Positions 1-12,994 are shown, counted from the whole stretch's first letter. The stretch is 62,987 nucleotides of DNA, filler included, from Reticulomyxa filosa (GCA_000512085.1; 24 parts of 24 records of this genome joined end to end with filler, not necessarily neighbours in it); one strand, 5' to 3'. The notes: generated from the letters alone by a model not told the origin. Made by a program: numbers and translations.

Positions 1-99
1 AAAAAAAAAAAAAAAAAAAATTGAAAAAGACCATTTTATGTATGCGTAAAATATAAACCAATTTTAACTGCAAACAAAAAAAAACAAAAAAAAAAAAAG

Positions 100-834
100 G
101 CTTTGTGTTTGCTTGACCTAATTGCCTCGTTTGTATCAATTCGTTTCCAAGTGAACGTGCATCGCGATGGGGTATCAGCATGCGTACACTCGAGCGGGTT
201 GGTGTTGGAGATGTGCGAGCTGCTGCTATTAATTATGCAAATAACACTGGTGTATATCTTCGTGCATTCCATTCAAAGGGCGGTCACCACGTACCAATAT
301 ATCAAACCTGTCACCTCGTTTGTTGTGCAATCTCGGGTATCTTTACATTTTATTTATATATTTATAACATTGGTGTGTATTATTCTTTTTTTTTTTTTTT
401 TAAAAAAAAAAAAGTCGGCAGAACAGGGCGACAGAGAACTACAAGACGTAATCCGCCGCAATAGCAAATGGGGGATAATATCAGTGGCGAGCTTTTTCGT
501 TGTGGACGTGCTGCATTTGTTTTTGTTTTCATACGGTCCCAATGTGCTATTTTTTCTCAGTGCCTGCGTATTGCTATTGAACAACTTCATAATGGTCAAA
601 CTCATGGGATGGCAGGTTATTTATGTCAAATACTGGAAACAAATCGATTTTGAAAAGTTATTTTGTTGCACTATCCATTTCACTTACATCCAACGTGATG
701 ATTCCACCGGGAGGCACGCTACTTTAACCGATCAACCTAACTTGCACCCAATCACTCCGGTTCAATCTACTTCTGGTGCCAAGCACGACGCTTATGTTTT
801 GATGGTCGAGCCGAGTTCGTCCATGCCATCATAA
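100..834 (+). CDS. Multi-pass (7TM-like) membrane protein, 3' part
   Basis: Several hydrophobic helices then a polar tail; A-rich acceptor at 99; probable in-frame intron at about 338-414. Confidence 0.5.
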   Translation, partial: ALCLLDLIASFVSIRFQVNVHRDGVSACVHSSGLVLEMCELLLLIMQITLVYIFVHSIQRAVTTYQYIKPVTSFVVQSRVSLHFIYIFITLVCIILFFFFLKKKKSAEQGDRELQDVIRRNSKWGIISVASFFVVDVLHLFLFSYGPNVLFFLSACVLLLNNFIMVKLMGWQVIYVKYWKQIDFEKLFCCTIHFTYIQRDDSTGRHATLTDQPNLHPITPVQSTSGAKHDAYVLMVEPSSSMPS

Positions 835-1771
835 TTGTAATATTTGTGTCCCCCCCCTCCTTTCGTTCCTTTTTCAATTTTTTGTTAAAAAAAAAGAGAA
901 AGAAGAGGAGCATGATCTAAATTTCAAAAGGTCTGAGGCACTTTTTTTGAAAGTAGAGAAAAGAGCAAGAGGTGGGATAGAAAAAGTTACTGTCTGGTTT
1001 TTCACATTTGACACAATAACTTGTACATCGCTTTTAATCGCAGTGAAAAGGAAAATAAACCTTTGAAGAAGTGTTGCAGATGGATTTTTGTTGTACTTTT
1101 TTTTAAGTTGGATTTTATCGTGATGCCAAAAAAAAAAAGTTAAAGCCTGTAATGGTTATGTGCGGAATATTAACACAACATTTTTCTTTGTGTTATCACA
1201 ACTGCGCAAACGAAAAACAGCTTCGAGATTTTTATTGTCAAAACAAATGCAACACGCTTTTTTTTTAATCAAAAGAACAATTATCAAGTTTGATACTCTA
1301 CATTGTACTGTATTTTTCATTTACCCATTCCCTTTCAATTTAAAAGCCTGGATTTTGCACAGAACATGATCAAATAACGAAGAAAAAATTTTCCAAGAAA
1401 AAAAGGTTCTTGTTAAAAGAAAGTTATCATTGAAAAGATCAAAAGATTCCCAACAATCATTGATTTTTTTTCAACATTTTATTCTGGATAAATTATATTT
1501 TGGTTAAGTCAAATAAAGCAGTTTGTCACACTTTGCCAAATCAAAGTTATTGACTGTTTTTGTCTTGGTAATAGCGTTGTAGATATCAGCACTTTGTTTT
1601 TTCTGTGGGGTGGTGCTTTTTGATCTTCTTCTTCACTTATTCTTTTCTGTGGTTTGACTTTTCATTTCTGCATAGTTGTTGCTGGTAATGTACGCTGCGA
1701 GCATTCAACATCATTGTGTTGAGTAACTTATTTGTTGCCAGAAGGTAATTTGTGTAGCCATAAAGGGGGTT

Positions 1772-1848
1772 GCCTATGTTCTGATTGAATCCGGCGTAGC
1801 CCATGTTCTGGTTGAGTCTGGGTAGCCCATGTTCTGGTTGGTCTGGGG
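1772..1848. repeat. About three copies of a 26-27-bp tandem repeat (GCCCATGTTCTGGTTGAGTCTGGGTA-like) at the contig end
   Basis: Seen directly; the minus strand reads NQNMGY-like peptides with frame breaks. Confidence 0.7.
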
Positions 1849-1948
1849 NNNNNNNNNNNNNNNNNNNNNNNNNNNNNNNNNNNNNNNNNNNNTTAATTAA
1901 TTAANNNNNNNNNNNNNNNNNNNNNNNNNNNNNNNNNNNNNNNNNNNN
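1849..1948. other. Artificial contig linker N44-TTAATTAATTAA-N44 (first of 23)
   Basis: Identical 100-bp spacer with stops in all six frames; others start at 3287, 7667, 12410, 13946, 16548, 18298, 20281, 21885, 24718, 29507, 31881, 33346, 39675, 41418, 44407, 46742, 49934, 52095, 54468, 56087, 58777 and 60092. Confidence 0.99.
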
Positions 1949-2089
1949 TTTTATTTTTGCGTTTCGTGATGAATTCAGCAATATTTTCAAATCAATAGAT
2001 GCACCTTTTTCAGTGCAATAACGGGAGATATCACAATGTCTATTATTGACTGCCAAATGCAATGTAATTTATCGATATTCGTTATTTGA

Positions 2090-2995
2090 ATATCATTTAG
2101 AATTACGACAAATCCTTTGATCTTAATGCTCCATTCCATTATTCAAACAGGTATATAAAATATAGCCATTATTGTTATTATTATTGCCTCATTTAGATAA
2201 CTCTATTTAATGACTGTGTACCCACAATATTGAAATTGTTTATTCAATTTTGTTGAAAATGTTTCCAGTGATTTTTCATATAAGACGTAGACATAATAAT
2301 CTCCATATTCAATTGCTTTTATTAAAATATATCCAATAGATTATGCATACAAGTTATAATTTATTTAATTTTTTTAATATTGCTTATTCAATTCTTTGAA
2401 AGTGTTACAATAATTTATGGCATGCCATCCGAACATTCGAATTACTATCTATCATTATTATTTAATCTACGAATTAAACAATTAAAAGCATTACCAAATT
2501 GTTTTTCAGCCAATTTCACTTCCCCAAATCTTCAATTATCTTTATCTTTACCATCAAATCTATATATTAAAGAATTGAATGTATTATTCAATTGTTTTTT
2601 ATTCAAATCTATTGAGATGTAAAAATTGAGTTACATTATATTGATAATAACTATTACATAATACTTGCTAATATATCTGCACTTAAAAGCTTATATCAAT
2701 CTGATTATATCTAATATATTTAAGACATTTTGCAAAATATGCAAACACATTTCTCTAGATCATTTTTTTGCTTTATTTTAAGTAATATATGTACATTTAA
2801 CTTTCAAGTTGGAAATTACAAACATCTATTGTAATTTCATGTTTGTGTTAGCATAAAGTTGATTACAATTTTATTAAAAATGTACATTTGGTAACGTAAT
2901 TTATTGTTAATTGACATATCCATTAGACTCTTGAACGCAATATTTAGATTAACAATCTTTCGATTATCATTCAATTTCATTATAATTTTCAAAAA
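2090..2995 (-). pseudogene. Decayed HEAT-repeat region of the NACHT-HEAT family
   Basis: Minus-strand fragments ISIDLNKKQLNNTFNSLI, KLAEKQFGNAFNCLIRRLNN, YEKSLETFSTKLNKQ and LNIAFKSLM match the repeats of ORF 4385-7666 but are broken by stops and frameshifts. Confidence 0.7.
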
Positions 2996-2999
2996 CTGT

Positions 3000-3078
3000 T
3001 GCAGTTTTTGGGATTCGAACCCAATACTCGAAAAGAGAAAGCGATATTATCGCATTGCCTACCAAAGGCATAAACTGC
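3000..3078 (-). tRNA. Class II tRNA-like gene, anticodon AAT, long variable arm
   Basis: Acceptor GCAGTTT/AAACTGC plus A73; D stem GCCT/AGGC with loop TTGGT; anticodon stem ATGCG/CGCTT (one T.T) with loop ATAATAT; variable hairpin CTC-TTTTC-GAG; T arm TTGGG-TTCGAAT-CCCAA; TTTTT (Pol III terminator-like) 4 nt downstream. Confidence 0.7.
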
Positions 3079-3585
3079 CCGGAGAAATAAGTTTTCACTT
3101 ATATTTCTCGTCGTTGTTTAATAATATTGTTTTTTTGAGTATAAATATATATGTATACATAAATATAAAAAAACAACAACATAACATTGCTAATGGAACG
3201 ACAAAAAAAACAGTGATGACACAAATGACAAGTATGACCGGTATGACACAAATGACACAAATGACAAAAACAATACTAATGACAAGNNNNNNNNNNNNNN
3301 NNNNNNNNNNNNNNNNNNNNNNNNNNNNNNTTAATTAATTAANNNNNNNNNNNNNNNNNNNNNNNNNNNNNNNNNNNNNNNNNNNNAATCAAGGTGCATT
3401 AGCCCGATCGAATTCGGTTATGAATTTGAACACAATATGCAAAAACTTGGGTTTGTTACGCAATGAAGTTTTAAACGTATAATAGTGCCGATTGGGATTT
3501 AATTGTTGTAACAGAAGATCGTTTATCCAAGTCAAAGAATAATAATAAAAAAAAAGATGAAAATGTTTTTTATTCGATAAACAAT

Positions 3586-3984
3586 ATGGACGCGTACGTA
3601 TTAAGTGCTACGCAATGGCAAAATGAAATGTTGTCTCATCATCGATTCCTTTGTTGGCTAGTCTTGTTTTTACCAGACAACGCCGTGTGGAAAGAGATTC
3701 TTCCAATGTATGCATTTCCTAAAGATCGATCACTTGTGTTGGAGTGGCCAACATTGATGGCGAGTGTGAAAAAAGAAGTTTTGAGAGATTCCAAAAAAAT
3801 GCAAAAGTTCTGGGATCAAAATAAACAATCTAAAGCAAAGAAAACTTTTACACATATCTTGCGAATGGTTTGGTTGGCCAAAGAAATAATATCTTATTTT
3901 CAGACACAACTACAAACACAACAACTTCCCAAAATAATGGAATTTGGACCATTGATCAATGAGACAGTTTATTTTATTTTATGA
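3586..3984 (+). CDS. Putative Pol-beta-superfamily nucleotidyltransferase, C-terminal helical part (RlaP-like)
   Basis: The pattern DAYVLS..WQ...HH..CWLVLFLP..VWKE...KAKKTFTHILRM resembles the helical C-terminus of small phage/protist nucleotidyltransferases. No catalytic GS..DxD motif is visible (5' truncated). Confidence 0.35.
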   Translation: MDAYVLSATQWQNEMLSHHRFLCWLVLFLPDNAVWKEILPMYAFPKDRSLVLEWPTLMASVKKEVLRDSKKMQKFWDQNKQSKAKKTFTHILRMVWLAKEIISYFQTQLQTQQLPKIMEFGPLINETVYFIL

Positions 3985-4384
3985 GTTGGAAATACGTATT
4001 AAAGACTGCTTACAACAATTGGAGGAAAAACAAATAAATGTGAATGATTGGGCACAATACATACAAGAGCAATTTAATCATATCAACCAATTTTTTTCTT
4101 GATTTAGTTTTTTTTTTTTTGCATTCCTTTCGCAAGCACTATAAAATAGAACTCTTTAAAAATTGCTTTTCTTTTTTCACTAATTTTATAAACTTTTCAT
4201 TACTCCAAAATTTAACCCAATATCTTTTCTATTTTTTTTTTAGTGTGATTTAAACACTATATCCAACCTTTTTCTCCAGTAACAATGTAAATTATCACTT
4301 CTCAACAGTCACACGAACAGAAAAAGTGTTTTGTAGTTTTTTTAAAAAATCCGTCTGAACTTAAAAAAAAAATTGATAACTTGC

Positions 4385-7300
4385 ATGATCCCAGTTAAAA
4401 TGAGTGAGAAGCATTCTGGCAGAAGATCTTCTATTGAAAAATTAAAAGGATTTTACAGGTCTCAAAATGAACTGGTTCCATTATTTGATGACCCTCCACA
4501 GCCTATTAACAGCTGTTACATACAGCTGACTTTTTTGGATACGCGACAATTGCAAGAGAGAAAAGAGAAAATGGAGGCTAAAAATGGAAGCAACGAAGAA
4601 AAAAAAGAAGAAAGAGAAGACAAAGACGAGCATGAAGAACATAGCAAAGATGGAAGATGGCCAAATCTATTGGATCATTCCATTATATATGGCAATGGAC
4701 AAAAGACGATAGAATTGCACGACATTTGGCAAGAGAAGCAACAAGACAAATCAAACAAGTGTCGCCATATTAGTATTCGTGGAGAGGCAGGGAGTGGCAA
4801 AAGTGTATTGATGAAACGCATTGCATATTTATGGGCAAATGATCAAATATGGAATGATCAATTTCAATGGATCTTACATATTCCTTTGAGAAAGATCGTT
4901 CATCTTTTCGATAATAACAAAAGTAATCTCACGAATGAAAGTACAAAATGCCAATGGTCAAAAATAATGAAAGAATTAAATATTCCACAATGGGATGCAA
5001 ATGATAAAAAAATTGTATGTTCAAAAAACGGATTGTTGTTATTGGATGGATTTGATGAAATTGCGAATGAATTGAACAAAAGGCCTGGTTTGAGAAAGTG
5101 GTTACAACATTGCATTGAAAATAGAAATTATTGCGTGATAATGACAAGTCGTCCCAATGTAATGTGCTCATATTTGGATAATAATGTAAAGGTACTCAAT
5201 GTCATTGGCTTTCAATCACAAGATATTCCAACATATATTTATTCTTATTTTCAAAATATTTCAAAAAATGGTAATTATACTGGCCAAGCTGATATGTTAA
5301 TAAAAACATTGGACAAAAATCCAAATTTAAAATTATTGGGTCACACTCCATTGTATTTGCGTTTATTATGTTATCTTTCGAGTGAAAAGAAAGAAGATCA
5401 CGAACCATTATTAAACGATTTAAATAATATATCACTTTCAAAATTATATGAAAAATTATTTGAATGTTACATGAAATGGAATTGGATTAAATTGAATGTA
5501 GAAAAACCCATACCAAATAAACAAACATTTTTTCATATTTTTAGAATGGAAATTGATTATTTGTCTCATATTGCGTGGGAAGGATTAAAACAAGGACAAG
5601 CTCTTATTTCATGTGAAATACAACAAAAAGTGTTAGATAGTATCAAAATCAAACATCCACGTACACATATTTCTGTGGTTTCCCAATGGTCCAGAGTCAA
5701 TTCATTTGGAATATTACAAGGACAACAATCAATTAATCCATCTCATCCAATTCATTCTGTTTATTTCCCACATTTGACATTTCAAGAATGGTTTGCTGCT
5801 TATTATTTGGTCAATTGTTTATATCAATCAAGTGAACAAAAAGAGCATCAAGAAGTATGTTCTATTTTAACTAATGAGCAACTCACTCCCAAATATTCTT
5901 TAATGATTCCATTTATGGCCGGAATATTATATAACAATATTGAAAACAAAAAAGATCATAAAGGATCTGGCTTATTATATTTTTGGACATTGTTGCATTC
6001 TTCACCACCTCATTTCCTTTCTGCTCATCAAATGATGTTATACATGCGTTGTCTCAATGCTTGCAAAGCAGACACATCCAGCTCATTCCTTTCATCCCAA
6101 CTGCAAATTTGCCACCAATCACTTATTGCTTCATTCGGATCATTACTCAAAGCCTGGATCAATTTTGACAAAGACAGTACATACGCTTATACCAGAGATC
6201 TTTTTTTGGAATTAAATCGACGAATTGTATGCAGACCATTGAATAACGTGATGGAATTTCATTTGCCCAATTTGCAGCACGTCCTTATGCATCAACAAAT
6301 TCATTCATATATTATTAATCAACTCCAATACTTTCAAGAACAATTGGACTTGCGTGATGATAATGATGGGTTAATAAAAGATCAACTCCGTCTTTTGAGT
6401 TACTTGTGTGTTTCCACAAAGACGTGCGACATTGCTGTGCAATGTATTAAGAAAAGTTTCAAGTATTCCAATGAACATATTCGTGAGATATGTATCGCAA
6501 TATTTTGTGCAATGGCAGCAAAATGGAGTGAAAGTCAAATGAATGAGATCTTGCCATTGCTAGTGGAGGAAATTTGCAAAAGGGGTTCACATCTTCACAA
6601 CCAATGTGTAAAAGCACTTTCGGATATATCATCGAACTTGAGTACAGAACAAGTACATACCGTTTTAAAAAATATGATCAATGCATTCAATAGTAAGCAA
6701 ATCCCGTTTTGTAGTTTGTGCGCACGAGCTATCGGAACACTTTCCGCAAGATTGGACGAAAAACAAGTGGACAAGGATGCCTTTGAATTTTTGGTCAATG
6801 GACTCAATAATAACGAGGACAGCGTCTACTACGCATGTGCAACATCATTGGAAAAGCTATCAATGAAATTGAATGAAGCACAGCGCATTGACACTTGTAA
6901 TCGTCTGAAGTCTCGTCTGTATAGTGACAACAGAGGAATAAATGATGATGTCCTTACAGCTTGCACAAAGACATTTGTGTCCATTTCAATTCAAAAACAT
7001 GGAAAAGAATTGCTTGATATTTTGGATTATTTGATGAGGGGAATTAATAATCAAAAGCAATATATTTGTGTGTCCTCCATAAAATTACTTATAGAAATTG
7101 TAATGAAATTACATCTTACACAATTGAATGCTGCTTTCAAATTCTTAATGAATGGCTTGAAACAAAAGAAACAACATGTCTTCAAAGTATGTTCTGGCTT
7201 GTTGGTGGAAATGTCAATGAAATGGCACCAAACGCAATTGAACAAAATCTTTATGTATCTACTAAAGAATGGACCCAAATACAAAAATAGGGATATCCGA

Positions 7301-7666
7301 TATTTATGTGTGCAAGCAATTCAAAGACTTTTGTCATTGGAATTGAACTTCAAACAGGTGGATAATGCTTTCAATTATTTGCTGAATGGACTCACAGATG
7401 TAGCCAAAGGAGTTCAATCTGTGTGCGTAGAAACACTTGGAAGCGCATCAATGAAATGGAATAAAATGCAATTGAATATCACTTTCCAATGTCTGCTTAG
7501 TCGATTCAATAATAAAAGTGAAGATATATTGGTTCGTATGTCGTGTGCAGAATCCCTTGGAAGAATTGCAATCAAAATGGATTCAATGCAATTGGATTGC
7601 ACCTTGAAGTGTTTGAAGAATGGATTAAGTGATGATGAAAACGCATTTGTTCGTAAATATTGTATT
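4385..7666 (+). CDS. NACHT NTPase with C-terminal HEAT/ARM repeats (NLR-like), 3' truncated
   Basis: Walker A GEAGSGKS, Walker B LLLLDGFDE, sensor-1 MTSRP, HTPLYLRLLC, winged-helix FPHLTFQEWFAAYYL, then ~40-aa repeats of type QLDxAFxxLxNGLxDxxxxVRxxC; no introns. Confidence 0.92.
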
Positions 7667-7766
7667 NNNNNNNNNNNNNNNNNNNNNNNNNNNNNNNNNN
7701 NNNNNNNNNNTTAATTAATTAANNNNNNNNNNNNNNNNNNNNNNNNNNNNNNNNNNNNNNNNNNNN

Positions 7767-8762
7767 AGATGTGCTAATTGTAGGATTGAAGCCACTTGAG
7801 CCTATTGCAAATGGTGGCGATAGAAGATTTGGAGGACAAAGGTACAAACACTGAAAAAGTTTTTGTTTTATTTTGAACGTAGGATGTACTTATATGGAAC
7901 CTTTGATCGAATTTGGGGAGTGGAACTGGACGAGTGGGATGCCAATGCTATGGTTGAGACATTCAAAGGACGTAAATTCCAATAGAGGAGTATTTGCCCA
8001 TTGATCTGAAGTAATTGAAAATTTAGGTACCAAAGTCATATAATGACGATTTAAGTGAAGGTAAGTTTGTAAAGATCAAATACTATGGCATTATTGGATT
8101 GGAAATGTAGATATCAAAGAGTATTTCATCACGGAGTTTGCCAAAGACGTATGTATGGGTCGAAATCGTGTTAGAAAACTTTTTCGGCCAATGCCATGGA
8201 CAGAGCACCAGTCAAGGGCGCTTTTTATTTTAGGACGCATCCATATCGGCCAAAGCATCTCATCAAAAACTTGAGTTTGATCATCGACGAGTCATTCAAT
8301 ATGATACCGCAGATCAATAGCGTCAAGTGCGACATCCTGTTGACAGAAGGAGGCACCGGCGTTATAAAATATATTGACATGGAAACTGGCAACGACTCGA
8401 ATGACCCCCCCCCTCCCACTCGAATGTGCTACCTGCGATGCAAAAAGCCCCGGCCGTGAAAAGCCGGCGATAGAGTCATTCTTGACACAGGCGACATTGG
8501 CAAGGCTGTGTTTGTGGGGTCGATCAGCTTTGACGACCGAGAAATCTTTCGCATTTTGTTGGATAATTTTAATCTAATGGTCTCAAGCTTGCTGACTCCC
8601 TTTGAGTCCGCGAAGGAGGATGTGAAAAGCGATAAGCGACAGAAGTCAGTGAAATTGAAATCCGTCAATGAAGACGAACTAAAGTCCATCCAAATATACT
8701 CTGATTTGCCATTCAAACACCACCACATAAGAAATACTCTTTTTTTCATGATAGCTGGTTAG
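7767..8762 (+). pseudogene. Multi-CAP-Gly-domain gene remnant
   Basis: Five CAP-Gly-like pieces: IVGLKPLEPIANGGDRRFGGQR, IWGVELDEWDANAM..FKGRKF, WVEIVLENFSANAMD..VKGAFYF, LTEGGTGVIKYI and GDRVILDTGDIGKAVFVGSISF; stops and frameshifts lie between them. Confidence 0.6.
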
Positions 8763-10699
8763 TTATAACTGGCATTGCAAAATATTTGCAACATCTCTCG
8801 ATTATGCATTGTTTATTTATTGGTGAAAAAGTTTATAGATACGAGCTCAATTGATTATGTATGGACACGAAGAAATAGGGGGAGGTGATGAATGTGTACT
8901 TGTTTGAAAGTAAATAACAAGTATCAAGACAATGCATTGACGTTAGAAGCAGCAGACACAAATGTTGTTTCCACACATGAATACATTCGATCTCACAATG
9001 ACACCCATATGAACCGTCAAGCGAGATGATTGATGATGTTTGGTAATTGTTTACTTACTATCAAGGAATCTTTCGATATATGGAACAACTTTAACAACAG
9101 CAATTTCATGTGTAGGAAGTGTATTATTCTTTGTCATGGTTCCTTTACACCATTTCAATACGACGACAAAATTTGTCACAGTTTAATGCAATCAAACACT
9201 GGTGATCTAGCTCGATAAATTAGGCCAATATCGGGTCAGTGGTGGACAATATTTTGTTTTTATACATTTCTTTATTGTAATCAAGAAATAATGCGATAAG
9301 TTGCTCCATCAATTGTCACAACATGGACGAAAACACACATGCTATCTTATGTTAATTGTGACATGGAAATGTCGAGAACACATCAAATACGTTTGCAATC
9401 GTCACACTTCGAATTAAAAGTGGTGGATGACAAACTTTATTGTCAAAAAGAAGTTCCCAAACATTGTGATATCTTTTTTTTTAACTCTTGTGTTATAATC
9501 TTCTTTTTCTGTTCTTTTTTGGAGTCCTTTGTTACTTTTCGTAACCAAAGAACTTGTACATCTTCATAACTTCCAATCATCCAATATTACTGTATTTTTG
9601 TTCTCATTGGCTTAATTGGATTCAGACTCTACTTCTTCTTTCTCTTCCTTTCTGTTATACGCTCTTCTTTTTCTTATCATCTACTTTTACATGATGACAA
9701 GAATCAAGTCCTATTTCGCACAGCCGACGTTTAAGCGTATCTCTTTTGAGCACTTATTGTTTTGTTTTGTTTTTCTTGATACAAAGTTTAGACAATGGAA
9801 GACCTGCAATTAATTCCAATTCAGTTTTTTCAAAGACAAAAGCGAAAAACAAATTACTTTCTTTTACATTTAAAATATTAAAATTCAAAAATTTTTTTAC
9901 GATGAGGATAATTTGATAAAGATGTCAGGTGAGCTGGAGAAAGAAATTGAATTATTATTTAAAAAAATACAATTCACACAAAAAAATCAAAAATTTTGAG
10001 ACAAGTGCTAAATACTTGCAATCGAATATTCACTACTTTATCTTTGTTTACTGGTACCGCAACCATCACATACACTTTCCACGTGTATTGTATTCTTTGG
10101 AAACCTATGTTATATACGTGTGTATTGATTGTATATATTTCAATTACATCAAAAAAAACAAAAACATTATAACTTGGAATATAGGTTGCACACATAATCA
10201 CTATGATCATCAGCTCACCACTTTCAATTATGCAATTTAATTTCAATCCATCATGAGCCACACATACACACGATATGGACCGCCAATTTTTTTTTCCTAA
10301 ATTATACGTTATTCAAAACGCAATACTATGATCCACATTCGACGCACATTGTCACTAATAGATATTTGTTCAATAATGAACAAATAAATTTTATTGGAGA
10401 AATAACAGATACGCGTGTTATAGTGAGGCTTTCATGATTTCCATTATCAGCAACAATTCAACAATGATGTTGCCGGTTTTACTTTCATCTACTGCAACCA
10501 TCGATATTGATTTTGCTGCTGTTGCTATTACTATTGTCATTATCACTGTGGACTTGCTGCAGCACTAATGACAATATAAATAGCATAAACATGTCCATCC
10601 ACATTCCAAAACTTCATTGATACATCTTGGAATATCTATTAAACAATTTCAAGCAATACATAAATAAATAATCAATATACGTATAAAGGCGTTGCTATT

Positions 10700-12409
10700 A
10701 GTTTGAACATGTACATATAAAAAAAAAAAATTGTGTATATAAAAAACTTTTTCAAGCATTGGACCCAAACACGAATTATAGCGTCAGGTAGCCGGAAGGG
10801 GGGCAGGCGCACAAACGACCAACCAAAATAACAGTAACTTTTGAGGTCTTGCGAATGCACGCTTCAATTTCAATGATTACTCTCCCATCAAGTATTCCTT
10901 TATTTTAGGACGGCTGACGGACTTGGGGAAAAATTGTCATCATTGAAAAGGCTCGTCCCCTAGAGCTACCATTTTTTTGAGTGGTGGTCTTGTCGATTGT
11001 AGACTCTTCCACTTTTCGAATCCGAGTGATTCGATTTTTTTTTTAACCAAATAATTCATAGCCATATTGACGACGTCTTTGGGAGGACTCGGCTGCTGAC
11101 ACAAAATGCTGTTCGTGTATTCATTCAGCAGGGCCAACACATTGCCAATATCCCTGCTTTTTTCTTGATTTGTCAAATAATGAATCGATTTTTGAATTAT
11201 CGACCCAATTATCGACTGGCACGATGTTGCTCCTTTTGTAATAAATATGAAACAACATTAGCTCTTCAAATCGTAGAATATAGCATTGGCAACCAAATAT
11301 TGGCGCATATAATATCAATCCAATGTATTGAAACAATTGACAAAGGAGTAAGACATGATATGGACTACGTTTCGTCGTCATCATCACAAGCATTACTGGC
11401 GCTGCGCTTGATATTGCCACAACTGTCAAGAAGCTTCCATCGAGGGGCGCATTATGTGAAATTAGTCCATGAATAAGATTGCGCAAATCCGCTACCGTTG
11501 GGTGAAGAGCATTCATAACTGAAGTCTTTTTTATTTTTTTTAACAAATCGAATACAATATCCTCTGAACCTTCTTTCTGTCCATCATCCTCCTTCTATCT
11601 TCTTGTTTGATGGTGGTGTTGGCTTGAGTTTTTACCAAATTGAGCAACGACATTGGAAGGATAGTTCCACGTTAGAGTGGCTCACTCGATATTAATATTG
11701 CGGTATCACAACAACAGCAGCGATTGGATTGATTGAAGAAATGAAAGACGAATAAGAAGAGGACGCAGACGTTATATGAAATAAATAAGCACACATGATG
11801 ATCGTTTCCGTTTTGACATATTTTGGCCTTGGATAATAGTCGTTACTGGAAATTATCGCATCCATTACCAATGCGTTCACTCAACAATTTTTTTTGGATT
11901 GATGATTAAATAAGGGATGGTATTATTTGTACTTCCTTTTTTGGACGTATTCCCTCTTGCTATTCTTTCTTGCTTTCTTGATTGCCATATCTAACACGTC
12001 GTCCATAGTCAATAGGCAATTCAGCAAAGATAATGTGTACTTGTTCTACAAATGCAAGTCACATAACTCTTGTGGTGATAGAGATACAGCTAATTGCATT
12101 TTCCGACTCTTTTTTCACTGATCAACAATATTCAATGTTTCGCAAGTTGATGATTCAAAATCCAATCTTTGCATGTGCTCACGCATACTACCAGTTTCGG
12201 CAATCTTGTCGTTATAGAAATTGCGCTAATTTTGTTAACGCAAATTGTTCCTTGTTCATTGGCGTCTATCGATTGCATTTCAACATCTTCTTTGGTGCTA
12301 TGCTGCGCCAACAATCATATGTAGAGACTTTTATGCTCATATATTGATTATAAACCTTCTTTACGATGCTTTGGGCTGCCACTACTTGAAATTGCGCACT
12401 CATTTATAA
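10700..12409 (-). pseudogene. Fragmented gene of unknown family
   Basis: A chain of protein-like minus-strand ORF pieces (12314-12132, 11546-11121, 11176-10940, 10860-10672) in shifting frames; no domain recognised. Confidence 0.3.
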
Positions 12410-12509
12410 NNNNNNNNNNNNNNNNNNNNNNNNNNNNNNNNNNNNNNNNNNNNTTAATTAATTAANNNNNNNNNNNNNNNNNNNNNNNNNNNNNNNNNNN
12501 NNNNNNNNN

Positions 12510-12994
12510 GAATGATTGAATTTGTTTGTTGTTATCAACATCACATACATGAATTGTTTTATCATCTGATCCAGAATAAATAAATTGATAATCATCAAAT
12601 GTTGAATAATCAATACTCCAAATATGACCAGTATGTCCAGTGAATGTATTGATTAATTTGGACGATAAGCGAAATATCTCAAATATGAAGACAGTATATG
12701 CATATGTCAAATAAACATTTGAGTATTTTGATTGATATTTAAGAAAAATGAAAGAATAAATGAACTAACATAATTAACAACGAGTTTGTCAAATTCATTA
12801 ATCCATCCAAATTTGATTTGCAATATTCGAACCCAATGTCGTACGATTACTTGAATCTTTTCTTCTTTAGACTGTTTGAATCACAAATTGTACACGATAA
12901 ATAAAAAAAACAATAAACTTTCTTGAAAGCTTGTAATAAAGCTTACCAACGCTAGTTGTGTTGAAGTTTGCTTTTCATTAACAAGAGTTGTCAT
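12510..12994 (-). CDS. WD40-repeat protein, 5' part (possibly a pseudogene)
   Basis: MTTLVNEKQTSTQL / IQVIVRHWVRILQIKFGWINEFDKLVVNY / FRLSSKLINTFTGHTGHIWSIDYS...SGSDDKTIH across two introns. Confidence 0.8.
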
